Below are positions 24,429 to 35,405 of a stretch of 64,000 bases of DNA, piece by piece. How positions within the stretch are numbered: the stretch's first letter is position 1; every line of letters begins with the position of its first letter. The notes under the pieces are model-generated. The model saw only the letters and a list, made by a program, of their open reading frames with translations. It did no database searches and was not told where the DNA came from. The translations under genes and the position numbers were made by a program. The DNA is from Octopus bimaculoides (Eukaryota). The DNA lies in contig NC_068985.1 of the NCBI RefSeq assembly GCF_001194135.2, forward strand, positions 108,699,309 to 108,763,308, given 5' to 3'.

Positions 24429-25015
24429 ACATATATACACTTACATATATATATATATATATATATATANNNNNNNNNNNNNNNNNNNNNNNNNNNNNNN
24501 NNNNNNNNNNNNNNNNNNNNNNNNNNNNNNNNNNNNNNNNNNNNNNNNNNNNNNNNNNNNNNNNNNNNNNNNNNNNNNNNNNNNNNNNNNNNNNNNNNNN
24601 NNNNNNNNNNNNNNNNNNNNNNNNNNNNNNNNNNNNNNNNNNNNNNNNNNNNNNNNNNNNNNNNNNNNNNNNNNNNNNNNNNNNNNNNNNNNNNNNNNNN
24701 NNNNNNNNNNNNNNNNNNNNNNNNNNNNNNNNNNNNNNNNNNNNNNNNNNNNNNNNNNNNNNNNNNNNNNNNNNNNNNNNNNNNNNNNNNNNNNNNNNNN
24801 NNNNNNNNNNNNNNNNNNNNNNNNNNNNNNNNNNNNNNNNNNNNNNNNNNNNNNNNNNNNNNNNNNNNNNNNNNNNNNNNNNNNNNNNNNNNNNNNNNNN
24901 NNNNNNNNNNNNNNNNNNNNNNNNNNNNNNNNNNNNNNNNNNNNNNNNNNNNNNNNNNNNNNNNNNNNNNNNNNNNNNNNNNNNNNNNNNNNNNNNNNNN
25001 NNNNNNNNNNNNNNN

Positions 25016-25052
<37 letters not shown>

Positions 25053-25610
25053 AGATACGTGGCTTAGGGGTTAGACAATTTCTCTCACGCCCCTACGGTC
25101 TTGAGTCCAATATCTGACGGTGCGTTGTGTGTCCTTATGCAAGACACTTGGTTTCCCGTTGCTCCAATCTACTCACCTGGAAAAAGAATGACTAGTATCT
25201 GTATTTTAATCAGCCAGCCTTGTTAGAGTCTGTGTCATGCTGAATCTCCCTCAAAACTACGTTGAGAGGGTACACGTTTGTACAACATTTACAAAATGAT
25301 TAAGAGAGGCATAAGAAAGTGAGAAATGTTAAAAAAATCAAAATGTCCATAGTAAGCAGAGGAGTAGGTTTGGGTTCAGTTCCACTGCACAGCACCTTGG
25401 TCTGCTATCTGCCGTTATAGTCCCAGCCATGTGAGTGGATGAAAAGTGAAAGAAGCTCACGCTATGTCTGTGTGTTTGTGTGTATACATATTACTCTTAG
25501 CATTTACTTGCTTCAATCATTAGATTAGAGCCATGCCGGGGCACCGTCTTGAATTTTTAACTGAATAAATCGACTCCAGAACTTATTTTTTTAAACCTGG
25601 TAATTAGCCT

Positions 25611-25656
<46 letters not shown>

Positions 25657-25934
25657 TATGTATAAAAGATGAAATGGGATTAAAAAATCTTGGCATATAA
25701 ATACGTATGTTTGTTTGTATATATATNNNNNNNNNNNNNNNNNNNNNNNNNNNNNNNNNNNNNNNNNNNNNNNNNNNNNNNNNNNNNNNNNNNNNNNNNN
25801 NNNNNNNNNNNNNNNNNNNNNNNNNNNNNNNNNNNNNNNNNNNNNNNNNNNNNNNNNNNNNNNNNNNNNNNNNNNNNNNNNNNNNNNNNNNNNNNNNNNN
25901 NNNNNNNNNNNNNNNNNNNNNNNNNNNNNNNNNT

Positions 25935-25967
<33 letters not shown>

Positions 25968-26019
25968 GAAATAAAGAAAGAGACATACACACACAACATA
26001 TGTATATGTATATATATAC

Positions 26020-26066
<47 letters not shown>

Positions 26067-26553
26067 GCTATGTGAGTGTGTTGTTACTGGGTTGATTTGT
26101 TCGACTAAACCCTTCAAGGTCATGCCCTAGCTTGGCCGCGGTCCAGTGCCTGAAAGAAGTAAATGATAAACGGTAAAATATACAGTAGATGTTACCATCT
26201 ACATGTGCTAGAAAATGTTTTGTTACATTTCCCTATTGTAACAAGCTGCAGAATTTGATTTACCCAACACTATCGAATAAAAAATGATGTGAAATAATAC
26301 TACCCACTTTGTATGCTTTATAAATTATCGTAGGCAAAATCTGATAAATTATTTCTGATGCAGCATTCATTAATTTTTCAACCTCCCAATATTATTAGAC
26401 AAGGATGTAGGAAGCCTTATATCATTCATGCATTTTCCAAGTTGCAAAAGTGCTTAGCCTTAGTCGGCTTCCTACATCCTTGTCTAATGATATTGGGAGA
26501 TTGAAAAATTAATGACTCTTGTATCAAAAATACTTTATCAGATTTTGCCTTAG

Positions 26554-26599
<46 letters not shown>

Positions 26600-28134
26600 C
26601 ATGCGTACATACATACCTACATACGTACATACAAACAAACTTACATATAAATATGCATGTAAATATATCTATTCTATTAATTACACCCTCTTTCTCAATT
26701 ACAATTAGCTAAAATATGATGAACGTATAAATGTTTCCTTCATCAATTGCATAATACATTACCTGTGACAGCATTACAATAGTTGATCGATCGTCCCGTC
26801 AGTAATGTAACACATTATCGATTTTTCGCAGCTGCAAGAATTGCCCATATTATTTTATTCGCTTAAAGTAGACATACACTTTCATAACACATAACTTTCA
26901 ATCAAACAGCTAACCTGTCATATGTATCAATGTTATGTTTTTTACAGAGATGCCATGCAACATGATGCCAATGCTGGAATTGGACAACAGGACGCAGATT
27001 CCCCAGAGTATGGCTATGGCTAGATATTTGGCCAGAGAATTCGGTGAGTGTTCTATCATGTATTCTATAATTGTATAATTGCCTGTCTGTTTGCCTGTCT
27101 GCCTGTCTCTTTCCCTATCTTTATATGGAAGTGTGTATGTGTTACAGTATATATATATATATATATATNNNNNNNNNNNNNNNNNNNNNNNNNNNNNNNN
27201 NNNNNNNNNNNNNNNATATATATAGGCGCAGGAGTGGCTGCGTGGTAAGTAGCTTGCTTACCAACCACATGGTTCCGAGTTCAGTCCCACTGCGTGACAC
27301 CTTGGGAAAGTGTCTTCTACTATAGCCTCTGGCCTACCAAAGCTTTGTCAGTGGATTTGGTAGACGGAAACTGAAAGAAGCCCGTCGTATATATGTATAC
27401 ATAAATATATATATATATATATGCTGTGGTTTACGTATATATAAATAAACACAATTTTATATCATGAATGTGTGTGTGAGTAGAAGAAGAACATATGAAG
27501 AATGATATGAACATTCGGCTAAAAGATGTGAACACATTGCTGTGTCTTGAAATGACTAGATTTGAGAGAATTTGTAACTAAATCCCGTACAAATCGCACC
27601 AAGCTACTCGAAAATCTGTGAATGCACATTCCCACAATACACGGAATAGCTACCCATGTCATGGACGGCACAATCAGGTACAGACAATTTACTGGAGATA
27701 ATTATTTCTTTATTATAATCACTCTGAAAGCAACTGATTTAGCTCATAGATCTGAAATCCTTCAATTTCCTCTTAAAGTTAGTTTTGTCACTATCATGGA
27801 AAACTTCAAGGGCAATTATCGTAAGTTGTTGACTAAACCGCGCTAATCTTGTCTTTTCCCATCGTCATCTTCTTTTTAGTTCAGTAAAAGTTTGATACTC
27901 TCACGTTGTTTTGTCCGCATAATACTACAGGATAGTGCTTCACCTGAGGGTTTGAAATGCACAAAGAAGTGACTAAGAGCAATGTTTTTCGGTAATTCGA
28001 AAATAAATGAATATATATTATTTTATGTGTAAAATGGATTGTAATATGTACCAAAACCTACACCTTATTGCATGGAGTGATTTTGATAGAATTGTCAGGA
28101 ATCGCAGGGTAGGCTTACTAGTTTTTAATATGCT

Positions 28135-28174
<40 letters not shown>

Positions 28175-29667
28175 CTGTTGTAAACATCATTGTGGTTTTA
28201 TCTGTCCCAGGTTTCCATGGCAGAAACAACATGGAGATGGCAAGAATTGACTTCATCTCAGAATGTTTCTATGACATCTTAGATGACTACATGAGGATGT
28301 ACCAGGATAGTAACTGCAGAATGATGGTAAGTGAGGTCGTAAAAGATCATGGTTGTTCTTTACTACAATACACCAAGCTGTTATTAAATCATTATCATTG
28401 TTAGAAGCCTAGCATAAGGAATGTTGTCAGGTGATGACATATATCTACAAGAAGAACAACACTGTCGGTAATACATCGGATAAAATATTGATACGGGAAA
28501 AGTGCAATGACGCCTTCAGGTTGGATGTAGCAAGTGATGGAATGTCTGTTCTAAATGTCATTTAGGCCGCATTGATTTTAGCTTCGTGTCTCTAACTATT
28601 AGTTTAATAAATTCTCGGGGCATGAGTTTTGATTTTGATATACTTACTCAACACCTATTAGTTTCAATATAAATTGAAACAGATTTAAAAAACAGTATTT
28701 TCTTCGGATAAAAATATCTTACTCCTCTATCTAGTATATTTTGCGTATTGTCTTAACAGAAAAATCAAATGAAATAACTGTGTATACGGTATCGTGAAAA
28801 TACAGTAGCGATACCTTTTGAGATCGAATCTATTCAATGTACTGGAGTAGATATTTACAGCAACTATAGGCATTTTCTATGTTTAATATTCGGTTTCAAA
28901 TCTTGGCACAAACCAGCAACTTCATGAGGTGGGGATGAGCAGATTACATCGAGCTCAGTGCTCAAATGGTACGCATATACGCAGTATTATGTATTGAGTT
29001 ATATTAGTTCTCTGTATCGGGTACTAAACATGGCAGAGTGGACATCAGCATAAATTGAACTTATAACCTAAAGTCGGACGAAATGCCGCGAAGTATTTTG
29101 CCAGGTCACCACTTTAATTTTCTAGGTTTCATATCAGTCTTGTTGACCATTATTCTATATCTTTCTTGGCTATTTAAACATTTTAAAAAGTTATTTTTCC
29201 ATTATTTCAGTTCCAGAGATCCCGTGATTTTGGATGTTCTGTAAGTAATATGGTTTACTACACTGCTTTTTTCGTCCTTGCTATTTAGAACAAGGCATGG
29301 ATATTTATTTTGTGCTTCAAAGACATTGTATCTTTGACCAAATCATTTTTGCATATTTCTGATTACATTGTTAAAATCAATATTCCAGCTTAAGGCAAGA
29401 GGATGTGATCTAAGTTTCCTTCCCTGCTGTTTCTAGCAGAACAAACGACAACGACGAGGGCCACCTAAATAATTTTGGTAAATTATTATGCGTGGGGGGG
29501 GGGGTAATGAGCTTAATGTTATATATATATACACATATATAACATAAAGAGCGTGCGCACTTTTCCCCTACAGAGATGCATGTATTGCCGCTCAAGTGCC
29601 ATAAGTGATTTACTGAAGATATATCTGCAGAATAATTGTATGTTATGTATGTGCATATATACACGCG

Positions 29668-29719
<52 letters not shown>

Positions 29720-31762
29720 NNNNNNNNNNNNNNNNNNNNNNNNNNNNNNNNNNNNNNNNNNNNNNNNNNNNNNNNNNNNNNNNNNNNNNNNNNNNNNNNN
29801 NNNNNNNNNNNNNNNNNNNNNNNNNNNNNNNNNNNNNNNNNNNNNNNNNNNNNNNNNNNNNNNNNNNNNNNNNNNNNNNNNNNNNNNNNNNNNNNNNNNN
29901 NNNNNNNNNNNNNNNNNNNNNNNNNNNNNNNNNNNNNNNNNNNNNNNNNNNNNNNNNNNNNNNNNNNNNNNNNNNNNNNNNNNNNNNNNNNNNNNNNNNN
30001 NNNNNNNNNNNNNNNNNNNNNNNNNNNNNNNNNNNNNNNNNNNNNNNNNNNNNNNNNNNNNNNNNNNNNNNNNNNNNNNNNNNNNNNNNNNNNNNNNNNN
30101 NNNNNNNNNNNATATATATATATATATATATATATAACGAAATATGCTGTCCTGTATTGCATTGAATTATATTAAGTGTAATATATTAAATATATGTAAA
30201 TAGCGATAATGTATGAAATCTAGGAATACATGGGTTGTGAACAGAAAATGAAAATATATTATTGAAATTTTTCTTGCTAGTCTGAGAAACGTATGAGATT
30301 TGAAGAGACCTGCCGCAGAATTCTTCCATACATGGAAAGAACTTTGGATATGTACAATGGTGGAAACCAATACTTTATGGGAGACCAGGTAATTTTCTTG
30401 TTTTCTTATTTTATTTACTGTTAATGACAATATACAGAAACTAAGCTTTATGTCCGGGATTGTTTGCGACAAAAGTGAAGACTTCTGGTTCATATATAAC
30501 TTCAAAACAGAAGCTGCTCTTAATTGTTCTTAATTAGAAATTAGGTAGAATGTTATCATTTCTACGTAACTAAATTCTCAGTAACTACTCTGCGAATTTG
30601 TCATTTATGCTTGCACTTTTAAATTTTCCGAGAATTCTATATAACACTCGGGAGAAAAACAGCCATTCACAATTCAATATATTCGCCAGAAATACTGTAT
30701 GTTGATTGAATACAACCCCAAAAAGAACAGATAATATAACTAATTTCGCACTCGATCTTACACATTGCATAGCTTTACACCTTCTTCCGGAGTCTAAGGT
30801 AGTCTAATTAAGCTCAGTTTGTTTATTTACGCAAGAAGCTAAATTATCTCCCCATCGAAACTGTTACCAGTTAATATTAAGGCCTGGCATTGCCTCCACC
30901 CTCAATACACTAGTTTCAGACAACCTATAATAACTAGAAATACAGGGCATTATTTTCTAAAGCCATGCACCTTTTATGAGTTTCTTGTAAAGGGCAGTGA
31001 ATTGCTATTTTGTTATGTTTTAAACTCATGTTTAAACATTGTCAGGATCAGTTAATCCTCTTTTCTGGTCAATAAAAAATTTAGTATGTTCCATGTGGAA
31101 GATGTTTACTATACATGCTTACACTATTTCAATCTTGGCTTAATAGTTTAAAACCCACTGAAAATTTCTGGAAGTTAAGGAGATGGTAAGATGTTCAGTG
31201 CACACTACTAAATAACTTTGCTATATAGTTACGTTGGTTTGGGGTTTGTTTTCACGTTATGCTGATATGAAATTTGATTATAGATTTCTAGTCTAGAACT
31301 GGATTCAATTTAACCCACTCTATTTCTTGCTCCAAGTTTTCTCTTTCAGTCTATGTTACAAATACCTGATTGGCAAAATAGTAGTGTTGTACACAATCCC
31401 TGTGCATATTTAGTCATATTTATTTACATTCTGAAAAAAAACAAAAAACATGTGTTTTTCCAGGACCGACAAAATAACGAATGAGTCCAGTGTGGTATCA
31501 ATATAATGAATAGTACCCTTTCCTTTATAACTGTGATCTTCTACCTGATATATAAAATGATTATTTATTAATTATTGTTAATATTTCTTGTTCATAGATA
31601 TCCATGGCAGATATGATGTGTTACTGCGCCCTTGAAAATCCAATGATGGAAAACTCATCTTTCCTGAGCAGCTACCCAAAACTGATGGCACTGAGAGAAC
31701 GTGTGATGAGCCACTCTAAGTTGTCTAGTTACTTGCAAAGGAGGTGTCAAACTGATTTCTAA
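23552..31762 (+). CDS. S-crystallin gene B (sigma-GST family lens crystallin), 6 exons, 648 nt, 215 aa
   Basis: join(23552..23684,26948..27043,28211..28326,29211..29240,30281..30388,31598..31762); all introns GT-AG, frame continuous, no internal stops. Protein [215 protein letters not shown]; 26 Met. Confidence 0.96.
23881..24255 (+). mobile_element. tRNA-headed SINE, family 'A', in gene B intron 1 (related copies ~8100-8520, 19200-19335 minus, 21630-21840, 36255-36700)
   Basis: GGCGCAGGCGTGGCTGTGTAGTAAGAAGCT...GGTTCCGAGTTCAGTCCCACTGCG head, GGTAGACAGAATCTAAAAGAAGCC body and GTAACTTAGCGGTTC...CCAGCATGG tail recur through the window. Confidence 0.8.
25055..25282 (+). mobile_element. tRNA-headed SINE sharing its 3' tail with family 'C'
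   Basis: CGTGGCTTAGGGGTTAG head, GTGTCCTTATGCAAGACACTT middle, GCCTTG...TGTGTCATGCTGAATCTCCC...CTACGTTGAGAGGGTACACG tail. Confidence 0.65.
26948..27043 (+). CDS. S-crystallin B exon 2
   Basis: TTTTTACAG|AG ATG CCA...TTC G|GTGAGT, 96 nt. Confidence 0.96.
27225..27390 (+). mobile_element. tRNA-headed SINE family 'A' copy in gene B intron 2
   Basis: GGCGCAGGAGTGGCTGCGTGGTAAGTAGCTTGC...GGATTTGGTAGACGGAAACTGAAAGAAGCCCGTCG, homologous to the copy at 23881. Confidence 0.85.
28211..28326 (+). CDS. S-crystallin B exon 3
   Basis: CCCAG|GT TTC CAT...ATG ATG|GTAAGT, 116 nt. Confidence 0.96.
29211..29240 (+). CDS. S-crystallin B exon 4 (30-nt mini-exon, alpha4-alpha5 loop, [10 protein letters not shown])
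   Basis: ATTTCAG|TTC CAG AGA TCC CGT GAT TTT GGA TGT TCT|GTAAGT; homologous to the gene C mini-exon. Confidence 0.92.
30281..30388 (+). CDS. S-crystallin B exon 5
   Basis: TTGCTAG|TCT GAG AAA...GAC CAG|GTAATT, 108 nt. Confidence 0.96.
31598..31762 (+). CDS. S-crystallin B exon 6
   Basis: TTCATAG|ATA TCC ATG...GAT TTC TAA, 165 nt. Confidence 0.96.
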   Translation: MSMADMMCYCALENPMMENSSFLSSYPKLMALRERVMSHSKLSSYLQRRCQTDF

Positions 31763-32916
31763 AACAGCTAAAGAAGATTTACAATACTAAAATCTCAACA
31801 GAAACAAAGCAATCGTTATCAATAACAGCAATTGGATTGTGAATATGAAAACAAACCATAAACTTCAACCATACCAAAACAACAAAGAAGAAGATATATA
31901 TAGTTTTACAGAATAGTTTTACAAAATATGTCAAGAAAACAAAATTCCTTCAGTCTCTAAAAGAAAAAAATGTAAACGTAAAATGTATGAAAGAATAATC
32001 ACATAATTCTGAGGATCTATTTGTGAAAATAATTTTGTCGACAGAAATTATCATCACTGATTTGTTAGAATAGCGTTGACAATTTGACCTGCTACATCAC
32101 GTTGACGATTCAATTAATGGTATAGCATTGTGTCCGAATATTGATGATATGTTTAAAATATGTATGTAAGGATTAGACGTTAGACTGAAAAATTCTATAT
32201 AATATAAAATGCTGTTTGAGAAAAATGAAAAGAAATCAGAATAATAAAACATAATTTACTAAAAAAAATGTATTTTGTCTCTCTTTTTCCCGTTTCCTCA
32301 AGGACCTTACACACATGCGTGCGCATGCACACACACACACATTCAACAGATGTGCATATATATATATATATGATGAGTGTAAAGATACTAAACACTTACA
32401 GCCGTTTCAACCACGAGGCATCTAAATCTTCCTAGTTATCTTCATCACGTCAGTGTTATACAGGGATAAACAAACATTGGACAAGGCTTCTTCAGAGAGT
32501 TCAAATATTAGGAAACTAACATGTGGGAAAGTAAGTTAAAATAATAGAGTTGGGTAAAGTAAAATAAAATAAAATAAAATAAGGGAGTAGACACAGTAAG
32601 GAATGGTAAGAACTTCATTTTAAGGTGTTACTATAATCTATGGTATTCTATGATGTAGTAAGTAAATAAAGTCTCTCCCAGGAGAAATTTCCACTGGCTG
32701 CGGTTTACATCGTATTTCCAGAGGTTGTTGGGCCCAAATTCATGGATACAAGCTTGAAACCTATACGCTGATTTAACAATAAGTATTAAACACACAGACA
32801 CAGACAAAGACACAGACACACACACACACAGACACACACACAGACACACACACACACACACACACACATCACACACACATCACACACACACTAGGACATA
32901 CACGCACACACACACA

Positions 32917-32962
<46 letters not shown>

Positions 32963-34711
32963 GAGGCACGCACGCACGCAAACACAGAATATCAATCTAT
33001 AGAATATCAATCTATTAGAAGCACAAACGAGAAAATGTACTCATAGGATACGATAGACTATTTATTCAGGCGAAAGTGGTGCATTGCTTGTTATTTTTGA
33101 TCATTGATTGGCTAATCATATTTGCCACACACTTTACTTAATAGTGCAGCTTTCATGCAGAAACTTGTTCCTCTGAGCAATTACTGGTGAAGGCTGTATG
33201 AACGAAGCTTGAAATTTCAGGGTGAATATTTTTATATACGACTGCAAAGAGAAACCATTTTCTATATCCTCTTAAGCACCACAGATACTAGATGTCTGTA
33301 TTAATTGAAACTGTTTGACCAAAAGAAAGTGGATTTCGGTGATCCTTTACTGAATACTACATTTTGTAGTTCATCGATTCCACCATACTTTAGCATAGAG
33401 ACGCCGTGGATTAACGACGTAGAATTGATTCTTTTAAGGGACCTAAACGAACATGATAGTCGTGTTTATTTAGATATGCGTTCATAAAATAATTTCAGAT
33501 AACGTAGGGGAAATGACTAACCTATTATCTGATATCGATTTATTCAAGCAAGCTGTAATGGCCTGCTATAACGACCCAGTATGAAAACTAACTTTACATT
33601 AAAGCTAGTGTATACGGAGCAACCCATACAAAATAACTAAACTAGAAAGTGACATATTATTCATAACAACAGTGTAATAACTAAAGCTTCAGATATTTTG
33701 AAATTGAACTGTTTTGGAATTGAACTGCGATATTATCATCCGACATTAACGGTTGTATAATTTCTAAAATGTCTTGGAATGAACGTAACCAGTTACTGTG
33801 TTACTCGTTACACAATTAACAACTATAAACAATTTATCTTTAATGGTGTAGACAATGAAGTATTATTGCGACAGTCATAAAGGCTAGGACACAAGGATCC
33901 CTTGTATTGCTAATTATATGTCAGTCAGATTTCTTTATATATTGTAATGTAATTAATATACCATCAGGAATTGATATTCTGGCATCAACAAACAGTTACA
34001 TATACACATTTTTGTGTTATTTCGGATTTGAAGAGAATTTAATCTAAACAGTAAAGAAGATAGAGAATAGAAAAAAAGCTCCCATACAAAGCGTTTAGTT
34101 TCAATAGACATTCTAGTGTTTGAACTTAAGACGGACATTACTACTATACACAGAGTGTCAAATAACAATTGAATGGGACAATATCGATTATCAGTAATTT
34201 TATTCTGTTGAACTTCTGTTGTACTGTGTACATATATTGTTTACGCATAGAGAGAGTTTACTATCAGATAATGGGAGAGAGAGGGAGGAGAAGAGGAAAG
34301 GAGATAGAGAGAGATGGAGGGTCTGCATATCGGCTTGTTATCTAGAGACTGTGTTTACACACTAGAAGTGCCTATAAAGAAATAATGTCTGCACACACTT
34401 TCTTTAAAATATGTTGACAACGCACACGGAGTGTCTACTTACAATTATTGTCCATACAAAAAGTGCTTCTACATAATTTGTGTAAATCATAGAGTCTCTA
34501 TACAGCAAAGTGAATACATAAGGTCAACTAAGATTTATTGTCAGCATATAAGGTTTAAAAGCAAAACATATTTTAGCAAATTAAATGTTTAAATGATTAT
34601 AATACTTCTAGTTTGTATCTACACATATAATCTCTATTTACAGGAAATTTATAAAGACATATTAAATGCTCCCACCAAAATTTCATTTCCATATATTCTC
34701 TGATGGAAACC

Positions 34712-35405
34712 TATAGACATAGTTTCGGATCTTTTTTAAAACGGGGGCCACATTTTTCATTAACGAAACACTTTGAAACTTGGAACACTGGTAGAATGTG
34801 TCATATAAAACATCTTTTTCTCTTAGTCTTCTTTAAAAAAAAAGAAATCCCTAAGTTATTCCATGTGAAAGTTGTCGTATTTCTGTAATTTCAACCAATC
34901 ACTGACGTCCATTCAGCCGATATACATTAAGTGCCGACTACATAAACAAACGATTCTGAAACAATTAACCCTAACCCTAACCCTAACCCTAACCCTAGGG
35001 TTAGGGTTAGGGTTAGGGTTAGGGNNNNNNNNNNNNNNNNNNNNNNNNNNNNNNNNNNNNNNNNNNNNNNNNNNNNNNNNNNNNNNNNNNNNNNNNNNNN
35101 NNNNNNNNNNNNNNNNNNNNNNNNCAAATAAAACGAAGGTATGGAGATTAAATACGCTTTACATCGCTTAATCAGCCAAAGGAGTAAATGTAAACAACTG
35201 AATACTTGTCAGTGATTGGTTGAAATTATCGAAATAAGACAATTTTTTACATGAAATAAATTCGAATACAAAAATATTTTTCTGTTCTATAACACAAAAT
35301 AGATAAGTATACGAAGTTTGAAAGTCTTTCCGTACCAAAAACACTACGTAAAACATTAATGAAAAATGTGGCCCCCGTTTTAAAATAGATCCATAGTTTC
35401 TATAA
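34712..35405. mobile_element. Foldback/MITE-like element: diverged inverted arms around a telomeric palindrome
   Basis: 34727-34763 = reverse complement of 35356-35392 (36/37); 34886-34906 = reverse complement of 35208-35228 (21/21); the sequence between these blocks is diverged. Confidence 0.7.
34966..35024. repeat. Interstitial telomeric palindrome (TAACCC)5-TA-GGG(TTAGGG)4, running into a 100-N gap
   Basis: Perfect 56-bp palindrome 34969-35024 with its axis at CCCT|AGGG (34996/34997). Confidence 0.95.

Noticed and set aside
31763-32260. Polyadenylation signal for gene B
   Set aside because: No AATAAA close to the stop; the first is ~480 nt downstream in A-rich sequence and cannot be assigned without 3'-end data.
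34966-35024. Ancestral telomere-telomere chromosome fusion site
   Set aside because: The polarity is CCCTAA then TTAGGG, the reverse of a fusion signature; the tract is short and embedded in inverted arms.
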